This document shows positions 9,325 through 20,065 of a stretch of DNA of 64,000 bases, in pieces. Origin of the DNA: Myxococcota bacterium (lineage in GTDB: Bacteria; Myxococcota_A; UBA796; UBA9615; JAKLKC01); NCBI GenBank assembly GCA_023150875.1, contig JAKLKC010000012.1:5565-69564 (forward strand), in the 5' to 3' direction. The notes below the pieces were generated by a model, which worked only from the letters and a program-made list of their open reading frames with translations, ran no database searches and was not told the origin of the DNA. Numbering within the stretch: position 1 is the stretch's first letter; each line of letters opens with the position of its first letter. The position numbers were made by a program, and so were the translations under genes.

Positions 9325-11754
9325 TCGGCCCCGCAGCTCGAACACCCGCCACCCGGGCTCCGCCCTCCGGGCGGCGTCGGCGGGGGCCCGGCGGGCGAGC
9401 CTCCGCTCCATGGCGGCGAGGTCCGCCCCCCCGGGGGCGACGAGGACGGCGCGGACCCCCCGGCGGCCCAGCTCGGCAAGGGCCGAGGCGAGGGCCCGCC
9501 CCTCCGGGAGGCGGTCGCCGCGGGTCTGCGCCTCGGGATCGGGCTCGTCGCCCATCACCCCGGGCAGGATCAGGGCGTCGAGGCCACCCGGCGGCACCTC
9601 CGGGAGGCGCGTCCGCGCCGGGCGGTAGGGGTCGAGGCGCAGGGGCTCCCCCGCCACGTCGATCCGGGCGCGGCGTCCCGGCCAGCGCGTCCTCTCCGCC
9701 GCCAGGGCGAGCGCGTCCTCGTCGGTCAGGGCGACCTGGACGGGGAGTCCCGGGAAGGCGCCGGCCAGGGGCAGGGCGAGCCGCGCCCCGTCGGGCACGA
9801 CGACGACCCGCCGCGCCCCCCGCAGCGCGTCCCCCACGGCCATGCCCGCGCCCGGGGGGACGTCCACCGCCACCACGCCGTCCCGCCGAGCCACGAAGGC
9901 CCGCGTCCCGGAGGGGGACAGGGAGACCACCGCCACGCCCCGCGCCAGCCCCCCCGGAGCGGCCGCGGCCGGCGTCGAGGGCGCTCCGGCCGCGCCCGAG
10001 CCGGCGCCCGGCGTCCCCGGGACCGGAGCCGGCGGCGCGGCGAGGAGGGAGTGCCACAGCCGGGACCAGCGCCACCCCTCCTCGGCGCCGCCGCCCGCCA
10101 GCGCCACGAAAGGGCCCGCGGGCGAGGGCCGATCGACGATCCCCGCCGCGCTCCATGCGGCGTCGATCCCCACCCGGGCCACCGCCCCCGCCGCCTCGGC
10201 CCACGCGAGCCGCGCCCCCTCGGCGTCGCCGGCCTCGGCCCGAGCCCTGCCGAGGCAGTGGAAGCTCCTCCACAGGGCCGCCTCCATGCCCGCCTCCCTC
10301 GCGGCGCCCTGGGAGGCGCGGCACGCCTCCTCGGCGGACCGATCCCAGCCGGAGCCCCCGGACTGGAGGCGCGTCTCCGCCACTACCTCCGCGACCCGCG
10401 CCACCACCTCGGGCGATCCCGACCGGGAGGCCAGGTCCAACGCCCGGAGCGCCAGGGCCGGCGCGGCGTCGGGGTCGCCCCCGCCGGCCGCCCCCAGCGC
10501 CCAGCCCGCGGCCTGGAGGGCCGCGGCGTCCGGGAAGCGCGGGCCGCCGTCCGCGACCCGCGGGTGGGACTCCAGGGCGCGCCGGAACAGCCGCATCCCG
10601 AGGCGATGCCCCGACCGCTCGAGGTCCATGATCGCCCTCGCCGTCCACACCCCCGCCCGCTCCGCCTCGGAGAGCGCCGGGTCGTGGACGACCTCGGCGA
10701 GGACGTCCTCCGCCGCCGCCAGCCTCCCCGCCGCCCGTAGCGCCTCCCCCCGGCGCACCCCAAGCGAGGCCGCCCGCCCCGACTCCCCCTCCGTCCGGGC
10801 CGCGTCCGCCGCCTCGGCGTAGCGCGCCGCCGCCCCCACGGGATCCCCCTCCTCCCACTGCGCCAGGGCCAGGTTCGCCAGGAGCATCGAGCGCCGGCCG
10901 CCCTCGGGGACCCTGGCCAGCCCCTCCTCGATCACCCGCCGCCCCTCGGGATCCCCCCCGAGCACCATCGAGTGTCCGAGGGCGCCCAGGGCCTCGGGCA
11001 GCAGGGCGGCGAAGCCCTCTCCCCCGTCGTCGGCTCCGGAACGCGCCACCCTCACCGCAAGGTCCAGCAGGCGCCTCGCCCCCCCGGCGTCCGCCGCTCC
11101 CAGGGCCGCCACCCCCTGCCCGTACAGGGCCCGTGCCAGGTCCAGGGTGCCGCCGAAGCCCGGCAGCGGGGCGAGGCGCCCGCACAGGTCCCGGACGGCG
11201 CCGGACAGCACGGCGTCGCTGTCCTCGACGGCCAGGCTGGCGGCGAGGTACGCCTCCGCCACCACCCCCACCGCCGACGCCGCGCCCCTCGCCGCCACGG
11301 CGTCGGCGGCGGCGGCGGCCAGGGGCAGGGCCTCCCCGGGCCGTCCCGCCCCCACCGCCGCCCGCGCCAGGATCACCCGGATCGCGGCCCCCGCGGTGGC
11401 GTCGGGGGCGCGGTCCGCCACCGGCAGCACCGGCCGCAGGACGGCCTCGGCGTCCGACCACCGGCCGCCCTCCGCCAGCAGCCCCCCCAGGGCCGCGGCC
11501 GCCGCGAGGCGGGCGGCGTCGTCTCCGCTCGCGGCGGACTCCTCCACCGCCCGGCCGAACGCCTCCTCGGCCTCCCGGGTCCGCCCCTCCGCCAGGGCCC
11601 GCCGCCCCGCCACCAGGGCCTCCACCACGCCCGCGCCGGCTCCCCCGGGGGCATGCGGCGGGTCCTCCCCCCGGGCGGCCAGGGGCGACGTCGCGGCGAG
11701 GGCCGCGGCGAGCAGGGCGGCCATCGCCCGGGCGCGAGGAGGCGGGATCGGCAT
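9286..11754 (-). CDS. TPR-repeat protein with signal peptide (possible C-terminal CHAT-like domain)
   Basis: Ala-rich TPR-like repeats; N-terminal 'MPIPPPRARAMAALLAAALAATSPLAA'; C-terminal 'RVVVVPDGARLALPLAGAF' CHAT-like; start uncertain. Confidence 0.55.
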   Translation of the reverse strand: MPIPPPRARAMAALLAAALAATSPLAARGEDPPHAPGGAGAGVVEALVAGRRALAEGRTREAEEAFGRAVEESAASGDDAARLAAAAALGGLLAEGGRWSDAEAVLRPVLPVADRAPDATAGAAIRVILARAAVGAGRPGEALPLAAAAADAVAARGAASAVGVVAEAYLAASLAVEDSDAVLSGAVRDLCGRLAPLPGFGGTLDLARALYGQGVAALGAADAGGARRLLDLAVRVARSGADDGGEGFAALLPEALGALGHSMVLGGDPEGRRVIEEGLARVPEGGRRSMLLANLALAQWEEGDPVGAAARYAEAADAARTEGESGRAASLGVRRGEALRAAGRLAAAEDVLAEVVHDPALSEAERAGVWTARAIMDLERSGHRLGMRLFRRALESHPRVADGGPRFPDAAALQAAGWALGAAGGGDPDAAPALALRALDLASRSGSPEVVARVAEVVAETRLQSGGSGWDRSAEEACRASQGAAREAGMEAALWRSFHCLGRARAEAGDAEGARLAWAEAAGAVARVGIDAAWSAAGIVDRPSPAGPFVALAGGGAEEGWRWSRLWHSLLAAPPAPVPGTPGAGSGAAGAPSTPAAAAPGGLARGVAVVSLSPSGTRAFVARRDGVVAVDVPPGAGMAVGDALRGARRVVVVPDGARLALPLAGAFPGLPVQVALTDEDALALAAERTRWPGRRARIDVAGEPLRLDPYRPARTRLPEVPPGGLDALILPGVMGDEPDPEAQTRGDRLPEGRALASALAELGRRGVRAVLVAPGGADLAAMERRLARRAPADAARRAEPGWRVFELRGRSAEVVPVGQGPG

Positions 11755-12021
11755 CGCTGGCAAGACACTACCACCCCGCCCCGCGGCGCGCCCTCCCGCG
11801 CTCCGCCGCGGCCATCGCATCTCCGGCCGCCCCCGGGGCGCGTTGACACCGTTTTTTGGCGCGTGCTAGCGTGCCCTCGAACCCACCCGCCCGGCTCGGA
11901 CCGCGCCCCGCGCTCCCTCCGGTGGCGGGCGGTCCGGGGCGCCGACGCCCCGCGCCGCATTCCCGTAGAGCCGGCCCCTGGGGATCGCGGCCGGAGTCCC
12001 GTGGAAAGGAGACCGTTTCCC

Positions 12022-12564
12022 ATGGCCTCGAGCGCGACGGAGACCAGCGACGAGCGGCTGGTCCAGATCAACGACGAGCTATCGGCGATCCTCGAGGAGA
12101 AGCTCACCTTCCTCGCCACGGCCCTCAAGACCACCGAGAGGCTGACCCAGCAGATCGCCAGCAGCGAGCTGGACATCAAAAGGAACACGGACCTCCAGGG
12201 CCGCCTGGAGACCGACCTCGGCGCCATCGAGTCGGGCCTCGCGGGCCTGCGGGAGCGCACCGAGGCCCTCTCCGGCGATCACGACGCCCTCCAGAAGGAG
12301 AAGTACGCCCGCGAGAAGGAGATCAACCGCCTGGAGTGGGAGATCGCCGAGCGGCGCAAGGCCATCTCGAACGACCAGAGCACGATCTCCGAGATGGAGC
12401 GCGAGCTCTCGCGCCTCGACGCCGAGAACGGCCGCCTGCACAAGCAGGTGCAGGCCCTCGAGGTCCAGGTCACCCAGTTCCGCAAGGCCCGCGAGGACTA
12501 CCTCGCTCGGATCACCGCGATGAAGCGCGAGATGACCGAGTTCGCGGGTTCGAGCGAAGAGTAG
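12022..12564 (+). CDS. coiled-coil hypothetical protein
   Basis: Good RBS 'ggaaaggagacc' upstream of ATG 12022; heptad-rich translation. Confidence 0.55.
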   Translation: MASSATETSDERLVQINDELSAILEEKLTFLATALKTTERLTQQIASSELDIKRNTDLQGRLETDLGAIESGLAGLRERTEALSGDHDALQKEKYAREKEINRLEWEIAERRKAISNDQSTISEMERELSRLDAENGRLHKQVQALEVQVTQFRKAREDYLARITAMKREMTEFAGSSEE

Positions 12565-12586
12565 ACCCTCGCCCCGGGAAAGCCAC

Positions 12587-14527
12587 GTGACCCGCAAGCG
12601 CGCGCAGCCCGCTCCCAAGAGGGGCGCTTCCGAGGCCGCAGCGGCCCTCGCCTCCCCGCCGACGCGGGACACCCCCGACGCCATCGTGTCCGCGTGCGCC
12701 GGGATCCTGGCGGCCGTCCGCACGGCCGAGAACGAGCTCCGCCGCGTCGCCGATCCCTTCCTGGACCTCGCCCAGAAGCGGCGGGTGACCGAGGCGGGGC
12801 TGATCGCGGGGGGCCTGGCGTCCATGGCCGGCACCAGCGCGGCGGTGGATCGCCGCACCTTCGCGGTGGCGACGGCGGTGTCCGAGCCCGCCGGCCAGGC
12901 GGTGTCGGTCCAGGAGGTCGAGACCCTCGTCCGCCACCAGGTCCAGATGGGCCTGGAGCAGCTCGGCCGGGAGCGGAGCGCCGACCTGCGCGACGTGGTC
13001 GAGAAGTCGGTCCGGCGCGTCGCCGCAGGCCAGGAGGGGCGCCTCCTGGAGGTGCTCACCCGGAACCTGACCGAGTCCCTCCGCACCCTGGAGGCCCAGC
13101 TCGGCGATCGCCTGCACGACCTGCTCCCCGCCGCGGGCGCCCCCGTCGAGTTCTCCCCCGAGGAGCTCGAGGAGGTCCGCCCCGACGACGCCCAGGGATC
13201 CCGCCCCCGCTCCGGACACGGGACGGTGGAGGTGATCGAGGAGATCGAGGTCCAGGACACCGCCGCCCTGTCGGCGTCCCTGGACCTGGACGGCTCCGCG
13301 CCCGACGGGGTGGACGCCGCCTCGCAGGGCGCCGGAGACCCCCTACCCGCATCCCCGTGGACCGAGCAGGAGGAGGCCGCCGCGGAGGAGGAGGCCATCG
13401 CGGCCGAGAACGCGGCGGCCGACGCCGCCGGAGCGTCCGGCGCCGACGGCGGCGAGGCCGACGGCGGCGAGCCCGGCGAGCCGGAGGCCAGCGAGATCGA
13501 CGTCCGGCGCGCGTCCGGCGCCAACACGGAGCTGCTGGACGCCATCGAGGACGTCCGCACCCTGGACGTCCAGGTCGACACGTCCTTCGCCCTGGAGGGC
13601 TTCGCCGAGGTGATCAAGGGCGAAGCCATGACCGAGGACGCCGACGACCTCCCCGCCTTCGGCGAGGACGAGCCCGTGGCCTTGGGCGAGGAGGGCGCCG
13701 CCGGCGACGACGAGGCGGCGGTGGAGGTCACCATCGGCGGGGACGACGAAGGCCCGTACTCCCCCGGGGCGCTGGAGGAGGTGATCGTCTCCCTCCCGGG
13801 CGAGGCCATCGAGATCGGCGGGGGCCTGGAGGAGGTCGGGGGATTCGCCGACGGCGGGTTCGCCCCGTCCGCCGGCGACGACCCCATCGTCGTGGACCTG
13901 GGCGGTGGGGACGGGCTCGGAGAGGTCCCGAGGGAGGCCCTCCAGACCGCCGACGACCTGGCGAGCGAGGTGCGCTCCCTGGGCGGGGAGGACGAGGGCG
14001 GCGACTCCTTCGACCTCCCCCCCGCCAGCGCCGCCGCGCCCTCCCCCGAGGAGGTCGACACCGTCAACCGGTACCTGGAGCTGGCCGCGGACCTCCGGGT
14101 GCGGAAGAACTACCCCGCCGCCCTCGAGGTCTACGGGAAGGTCCTGGAGATCGATCCCCGGAGCTTCGATGCCTACGTAGGACGGGGCGTGCTCTACCTC
14201 GAGACCGCGGACCTCAAGAGGGCGGCGACGGAGTTCCGCAAGGCGCAGCACGTCGATCCCGACGCCCCCGAGGCGTACATGGGACTCGGGGAGGTCCACT
14301 TCGTCCACAAAGAGTACAGCCGCGCCGTCAAGTGCTTCTCCAAGAGCCTCTCCCTGGACGAGAACCTCGCCGACGCCTACTACAAGCGCGGGCTCAGCCA
14401 CTACCACGAGCGCGCCCACAAGAAGGCGTTCCTGGACCTGAACAAGGCCTACAAGCTCGACCCCGAGCTCCCCCACATCAAGAAGTACCTCCAGATGGTG
14501 ATGAAGCAGCTCCGGCCGGGGAGCTGA
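12587..14527 (+). CDS. acidic protein with C-terminal TPR repeats
   Basis: GTG start; very Asp/Glu-rich central region; C-terminal TPRs ('AYVGRGVLYLETADLKRAATEFRKAQHVDPD...'). Confidence 0.55.
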   Translation: MTRKRAQPAPKRGASEAAAALASPPTRDTPDAIVSACAGILAAVRTAENELRRVADPFLDLAQKRRVTEAGLIAGGLASMAGTSAAVDRRTFAVATAVSEPAGQAVSVQEVETLVRHQVQMGLEQLGRERSADLRDVVEKSVRRVAAGQEGRLLEVLTRNLTESLRTLEAQLGDRLHDLLPAAGAPVEFSPEELEEVRPDDAQGSRPRSGHGTVEVIEEIEVQDTAALSASLDLDGSAPDGVDAASQGAGDPLPASPWTEQEEAAAEEEAIAAENAAADAAGASGADGGEADGGEPGEPEASEIDVRRASGANTELLDAIEDVRTLDVQVDTSFALEGFAEVIKGEAMTEDADDLPAFGEDEPVALGEEGAAGDDEAAVEVTIGGDDEGPYSPGALEEVIVSLPGEAIEIGGGLEEVGGFADGGFAPSAGDDPIVVDLGGGDGLGEVPREALQTADDLASEVRSLGGEDEGGDSFDLPPASAAAPSPEEVDTVNRYLELAADLRVRKNYPAALEVYGKVLEIDPRSFDAYVGRGVLYLETADLKRAATEFRKAQHVDPDAPEAYMGLGEVHFVHKEYSRAVKCFSKSLSLDENLADAYYKRGLSHYHERAHKKAFLDLNKAYKLDPELPHIKKYLQMVMKQLRPGS

Positions 14528-14743
14528 CCTCGTCGTCCCGCCTCGATCCTCCGCCCCCGTCACCCGAAAGGTCCCCCGCCCGTAGGCGTCGCGGCCTCGG
14601 CGCGCCCGCCGGCCGCCCACTGAGGTCCGAGCGTGGCCCCATCTCCCTCCCGCGCACATGACAGGGATCGCTCGAAGGGTCCACGGACGCCCCGGCGCCC
14701 GGGCGCGCGGCGTCGCGATCGGACCGATCCCGGAGGTGGCGTC

Positions 14744-17212
14744 GTGCGCTGGCTCCTCACCCGCCTGCTCCTGCTCCTGATCCTCGCCACTGCCGCCGCC
14801 GCCGCGGGGGCCTGGGCGTGGTCGGGGGTCCTGGACGCCCGGATCGTCGATCGCATCGAGCGGGGGCGCGCCCTGGACGAGCCCTCGGTGGTGTGGGGCG
14901 CTCCCGTGGTGGTGCGGAAGGGGGAGTACCTCAGCATCTCCCGGGCCCGGGAGGCCCTCACCCGGGCGGGCTGGACCGAGGCCCGGGAGGTGGACGGCGA
15001 CCGCCGCTTCCACGTGTCCCGCAACGCGCTGCTCCTGGATCCTCCGGGGGACCCGCGGCTGGAGGTCCGCCTCGTCCAGGACCGCGTCACCTCCATCCGG
15101 GACGCGAAGGGCGTCGAGCGCCCCGAGTACGCGCTCCCCGCCGAGGAGATCGCCCCCCTGGTGGGCGAGGACCGCACCCGCAGGACGCCGGTGCCCCTGG
15201 CGGAGATCCCCCAGGTGGTCCAGGACGCCGTGCTCGCCATCGAGGACTCCCGCTTCCACCAGCACCCGGGCGTCGACCTGCGGTCCCTGGTCCGGGCCGC
15301 CTGGGCGGACCTGCGGGCGCGGGAGTTCGTGCAGGGCGGCTCCACCATCACCCAGCAGCTCGCCAAGAACCTCTTCCTGGCCCCCGAGAAGAAGCTCCTG
15401 CGCAAGGCCAACGAGCTGCTGATCGCCCGGGCGCTGGAGCGCCGCTACGGCAAGGACCGGATCCTGGAGCTGTACCTGAACCAGATCTACCTGGGGCAGC
15501 GGGGGGGCTTCGCCATCTACGGCGTCGAGCAGGGGGCGAGGGCCTACTTCGGGAAGACCCTGCGCCAGCTCGACCTGGCGGAGGCGGCCACCCTGGCGGG
15601 GGCGATCCAGGCCCCCAACCGGTGGGCCCCCTGGAAGCACCCCGAGGACGCCCGCCGCCGCCGAGACCAGGTCCTGGACCGCATGGTGACCACCGGGCTG
15701 GTCCCCCGGGAACGGGCCGAGACGGCCAAGGCGACGGCCCTGCACGTCAAGAAGGGGGAGGCGGTGCTGGCCCGCCGCGCCCCCTGGTTCCTGGAGCGGG
15801 TCCGCGACCTCCTCGAGGAGCGCTTCCCGGGCCCCGCCCTCGCCCGGGAGGGCTATCGGGTGGAGACCACCCTGGACCTCACCTTCCAGATCGCCGCCGA
15901 GGCGGCGGTGAAGGACGGCCTCGCCGCCCTGGAGGCGGGCTACCCCTCCCTCGCCCGGAAGGGGAGGCTGGAGGCCGGCCTCGTCTCGCTGGACCCCCGC
16001 ACCGGCGAGGTCCGCGCCTGGGTGGGGGGCCGGGACTACGGCGCCAGCCAGTTCGACCGGGTCCACCAGGCCCTCCGCCAGCCGGGATCGGCATTCAAGC
16101 CCCTGGTCCTGGCGGCGGCACTGGAGGCCGATCCCGAGGGCATCACGGGCGCCGCCACCTTCTCGGACGATCCCCTCACCGTCGAGGCGCCCGGCTCGGC
16201 GCCTTGGAGCCCCGGGAACTACGACGGCACCCACCGCGGACGGGTCACCCTCATGGAGGCCACCTGGGACAGCCGCAACCTCCCCTTCGTCCGCCTCGGG
16301 CAGCGGATCGGCCTCCCGGCGGTGGCGGCCACCGCCAGGGACATGGGGATCCGCTCCCCCGTGAAGCCGGTGCCCTCGGTGGTGCTGGGGGCCTCCGACA
16401 CTTCCCCTCTGGACCTGGCCGTCGCCTACGCCACCCTGGCGAACGGCGGCGCCCGGGTGAGCCCCTCGTGGGTGAGGGCCGTCCGCGACCCCGGCGGCGA
16501 GGCGCAGATGACGGTGGACCGGATCGCCCCCAAGCGGGTGCTCCGTCCCGACACCGCCCACCTGGTGACCGACCTGCTGCGGGGCGTGGTCCTGAGGGGG
16601 ACCGGGCGGGCCTCGTCCTCGGCGGTGAAGGTGCCCTTCGTGGGCAAGACCGGCACCACGGACCGCGCCCGGGACGCCTGGTTCGCCGGCTACTCGGCGG
16701 ACCTGGTGACGGTGGTGTGGGTGGGCTACGACGGGGAGGAGGTGGTGGGGCTGACGGGGGGACAGGCGGCCTTGCCCCTCTGGTCCCGCTACATGGCCTC
16801 CATCGGGAAGTACCTGTCTGGCCAGGACTTCTCGCCCCCGGAGGGCGTCGTCGCCGTCCCGGTGTGCCCCCGCTCCGGCCGGATCGCCCACCCCGGCTGT
16901 CCCCTCACCGTCCAGGCCGCCTTCCGGGCGGGCACCGATCCCCCGGAGTCGTGCCCGGTGCACGGGCTGGACGGGCAGGTGCTGGGGGAGGTCCCCCCCT
17001 GGCCTCCCGAGGACGCCGCCGCGGCCGCGGTGGCCATCGACGGCTCGCCGATCCCTGCAACCGCCCCGCCCGGGGACGGCGCCGCCCCGCCCTCCGCCGG
17101 AGAGGACCACCCGCGGGACCCCCTGGGCGCCCTCATCGCCCGCCGCAAGGCCGAGCGCGAGGCCCGCCGGCGGGCCCAGGAGGGGGAGGGCGCGGAGGCG
17201 GAGGGACGCTGA
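14744..17212 (+). CDS. penicillin-binding protein 1A (bifunctional transglycosylase/transpeptidase)
   Basis: GT51 motifs 'EDSRFHQHPGVD', 'GGSTITQQLAKN', 'RKANELLIARALERRYGKD'; transpeptidase region; GTG start at 14744 after RBS ggagg (ORF opens at 14633). Confidence 0.85.
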   Translation: MRWLLTRLLLLLILATAAAAAGAWAWSGVLDARIVDRIERGRALDEPSVVWGAPVVVRKGEYLSISRAREALTRAGWTEAREVDGDRRFHVSRNALLLDPPGDPRLEVRLVQDRVTSIRDAKGVERPEYALPAEEIAPLVGEDRTRRTPVPLAEIPQVVQDAVLAIEDSRFHQHPGVDLRSLVRAAWADLRAREFVQGGSTITQQLAKNLFLAPEKKLLRKANELLIARALERRYGKDRILELYLNQIYLGQRGGFAIYGVEQGARAYFGKTLRQLDLAEAATLAGAIQAPNRWAPWKHPEDARRRRDQVLDRMVTTGLVPRERAETAKATALHVKKGEAVLARRAPWFLERVRDLLEERFPGPALAREGYRVETTLDLTFQIAAEAAVKDGLAALEAGYPSLARKGRLEAGLVSLDPRTGEVRAWVGGRDYGASQFDRVHQALRQPGSAFKPLVLAAALEADPEGITGAATFSDDPLTVEAPGSAPWSPGNYDGTHRGRVTLMEATWDSRNLPFVRLGQRIGLPAVAATARDMGIRSPVKPVPSVVLGASDTSPLDLAVAYATLANGGARVSPSWVRAVRDPGGEAQMTVDRIAPKRVLRPDTAHLVTDLLRGVVLRGTGRASSSAVKVPFVGKTGTTDRARDAWFAGYSADLVTVVWVGYDGEEVVGLTGGQAALPLWSRYMASIGKYLSGQDFSPPEGVVAVPVCPRSGRIAHPGCPLTVQAAFRAGTDPPESCPVHGLDGQVLGEVPPWPPEDAAAAAVAIDGSPIPATAPPGDGAAPPSAGEDHPRDPLGALIARRKAEREARRRAQEGEGAEAEGR

Positions 17213-17240
17213 GGGCGGTCCCTCGTCCGGCGGAGCCAAG

Positions 17241-17303
17241 TCGAGTACCGAGCCCAGGACGAGCCCCCCGCGTTTCGTCACCAAGCACCCGAACGCCCGC
17301 CGT
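17241..17303. repeat. left copy of imperfect direct repeat (37-bp perfect core 17257-17293), putative attL
   Basis: 17257-17303 matches 59839-59885 with 1 mismatch; weaker identity extends to 17241/59823. Confidence 0.6.
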
Positions 17304-17427
17304 GGGGGTCATGGGGGCAATCGTCGCAGTGGATCGCCCGCGGCGATCTGCGCGTGCCCCGGCATCGAGTCGCCCCGGTGGACGCCAGGGACGACCATGA
17401 GCATACTGATGCACAGGAGGCATCGCG

Positions 17428-17676
17428 ATGGCCCCGACCCGCCGCGCCCAGATCCTGATGGACCCCGAGGAGTACGATGAGCTGGCCCGCATCGCCGAGG
17501 CCAGGATGGTCTCCGTCGCGGAGCTGATCCGCAACGCCGTGCGCGTCGTCTACCTTCGGTCCCGAGACGACCGGCTGGCGACCGTGGGGCGCATCGTGGC
17601 CATGGACCTCCCTGTAGAGCCCTGGCCGCGAACGAAAGCGGAGATCGAGGATGCCTATGACGCCGGCCTTCCTTGA
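17428..17676 (+). CDS. vapB: VapB-like antitoxin
   Basis: 82-aa ORF with RBS 'aggagg' upstream; overlaps downstream PIN gene by 26 nt. Confidence 0.6.
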   Translation: MAPTRRAQILMDPEEYDELARIAEARMVSVAELIRNAVRVVYLRSRDDRLATVGRIVAMDLPVEPWPRTKAEIEDAYDAGLP

Positions 17677-18070
17677 CTCCAACGTCTTCATCTACGCGGC
17701 CGGCGCCGACGGCCCGCTGAAGGCACCCTGCGCGGAGATCCTCCGTCGCGTGGGCGCCGGAGAACTGGACGCCAACACGAGCGTAGAGGTCGTCCAGGAA
17801 CTCCATCACGTCTTCCGCCGGCGCGGTCGGCTTGCCGACGGGGTACGCCTGGCGCGTGACGTCGTGCGCCTCTTCCCCGGGCTGTTGTCGATCACGCGGG
17901 CTGATGTGTTGAGGTCGGGAGACATCCTGATGGCGCGGCCTCAACTGTCCCCCCGGGACGCCCTCCACGCCGCGACCGCCCTGAACAACGGGATCACCAC
18001 CATCATCTCGGTGGACGCGGACTTGGAACACGTCGATGGCCTGTCAAGGCTGGATCCCGCCGGAATGTGA
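17651..18070 (+). CDS. vapC: PIN-domain toxin VapC
   Basis: 'FLDSNVFIYA...' N-terminal Asp, conserved acidic residues, 'ISVDADL' C-terminal; ~139 aa. Confidence 0.75.
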   Translation: MPMTPAFLDSNVFIYAAGADGPLKAPCAEILRRVGAGELDANTSVEVVQELHHVFRRRGRLADGVRLARDVVRLFPGLLSITRADVLRSGDILMARPQLSPRDALHAATALNNGITTIISVDADLEHVDGLSRLDPAGM

Positions 18071-18096
18071 CTCTCAGGGCGCCGCCCGAACCGTGG

Positions 18097-18180
18097 CGCC
18101 CGGGTGAGCCCCTCGTGGGTGAGGGCCGTTCGCGACCCCGGCGGCGAGGTGCGGATGACGGTGGACCGGGTCGCCCCTGA
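18097..18180 (+). pseudogene. fragment of PBP1A gene (copy of nt ~16456-16526)
   Basis: 'gcgcccgggtgagcccctcgtgggtgagggccgt.cgcgaccccggcggcgagg' near-identical to PBP1A. Confidence 0.5.
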
Positions 18181-18309
18181 TCGAGAGGGCATCGGCTTCC
18201 CACCGAGGAGGGCTGAAGGCGCTTTCGGACCGATCAGCGCTGCGCGGGGCGGGCCCTCAGTTCCCGCCCTCCATCCACCGGCAATCCGGCAGCTCGGGCC
18301 CGTGATGGC

Positions 18310-19505
18310 TCACCCGTCCCCCGAGGCCCCGCGGACAACTGCCTCGAGTGCCTCCCACGCGCCCGCCGGATCGAAGGCCCGCGCCGCATGGTCCGCGTCC
18401 AGCAGCGCATCCGGCAGGAACTCGTCGTACTTGTTGGCCGTCTTGTTCCTCACCGTCGCCGCGAGCTCGAGCGGATTCGCCGGCCCCGCCTCGACCAGCG
18501 CACGCAGGTGCTGCGCCATCCCCTCCGGCCGGACCCCGGACACTGCCAGCCCCAGCCCCATGCGCGTCACCGTGAGCCCGCGGGCCTGGAGCTGCACCTG
18601 GATCGTGTTCAGTGCGCGGTCCCCGACCCAGAGGAAGAGCAGCACTTCACTCCCGTAGGGCACGACGGCACGGCGCGCCAGGTCGTATCGGTCGAAGTTC
18701 TCGCGCCCCTCCCGCAGCAGGTCCGCTGCCCGGGCGTCGAGGAACGAGATCGGCTCCGTGGACGTGTACACCCGGTACATCTCCTTCCGCACCCCGTCGT
18801 GCACCGCCCCCCCCGTGCTCCCGAAGAACGGGACCCGCCCTCCCGGGGCTCGCACCAGGTCGAGCACCTTCCGGTCGCAGTCGACCGAGACCACCTTCCA
18901 GCGCCGCCCACCGAAGATCAGGAACATCTCCGGGTACACGGGGAAGGTGATCGGCAGCGTCCCCAGCGCCTTGCCGCCGCTCGTCAAGCGGTACTCCTCC
19001 GGCGTGACGAAGACCGCATAGAAGGTGTGGTGGTTGACCAGCCGCTCGCCCGCCAGCCCCAGCACCAGCACGCCGTCGTGCATCTGCGCGATCAGGTCGT
19101 GGCGGCCCATGCTTCGGAGCAGCTCGCCGAACATCGCCTGGCCGACGTTCGAGAACGGGCCGCCCCGGCAGAGCGCCTCCCACGCCCGGGCCGCGGAGAC
19201 TCCGCCGTGCTGGGCCACCAGCGACAGCACCTGCTGCAACAATGTCGACAGGTGGAGCATCCCCGCCGCGGGAGGCTCGTACCACCCGCGCAGCAGGAGG
19301 CGGACCGTCGCGACCGCCTGCACGAGTTCGGCGCGGAGCGCGTCCTGGGGTGATGGATCACCCGCCAGCTCTTCCTCGGTGACGTACATCCGGAGGATCG
19401 CCGGCTCACCCCGGCGGCCCGAGCGGCCGAGACGCTGTCGCAGGCTCGCGACCGACGGGGGAGCGCCGATCTGGGCCACGCTCCTCACCTGCCCGACGTC
19501 GAGGG
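18310..19505 (-). pseudogene. C-terminal remnant of an Lhr-like DEAD/DEAH helicase (truncated; no N-terminal helicase core)
   Basis: Translation starts matching at helicase motif VI 'LDVGQVRSVAQIGAPPSVASLRQRLGRSGR' and continues through the DEAD/H-associated domain; upstream part of ORF is noise. Confidence 0.55.
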
Positions 19506-20065
19506 GCGGCCGCGCCACCGGTCTGGGTGTCGCCGTTCCCTCGTGCCTGCGATCGTCAGCCGACGCAGTCTGTTGGGACGGCGTGCTCGCGCGAGGGCCC
19601 AGGGGGGCGCGCCCATGATTGGGTTCGTCGCCCTCGGCCAGCGGCTCTCCGTTGCGGTCGAGGGTGCCGTTGACGGTGTCCAGCGACCCTGCGGGGAGCA
19701 TCTCGACGCTGGTGCCGAGGGCCTCCCACTCCCCGCGGGTCCAGGAAGGCCGCTCCGCGAAGGCCCGCAGCAGCGCCGAGTGGGTGCCGTCCAAGCCCGC
19801 GATGATGGGCCCCCGCAACACCCCCCGGTACCCTCCCAGGCATCCACCCAGCACCAGCCAAGTCACACGCGAAGCTCGGACTCCGCACCGCATCGCCCCG
19901 AACGGACCCAGGTGGCCTCGCCCGGTAACAGGCACCCCAACGAGATCGCCGCGTTGTGTGTCCGATCCTCGGTCCGGCCGGCCTCGCCGGTAGGGCTCGA
20001 CGCATGGCCGCCCCCCTTCGCCCCCGGACCCACCGCGACTGGCCTCGGCTGGCGCTCGGCGTCGA

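Noticed and set aside
9203-11461. 752-aa minus ORF and 8892..10631 plus ORF
   Set aside because: Alternative frames of the TPR protein locus. Poly-Gly/Arg composition.
13343-17284. 1313-aa minus-strand ORF
   Set aside because: Antisense to the well-supported PBP1A and acidic-TPR genes. Gly/Arg/Pro-rich translation is typical of GC-bias read-through.
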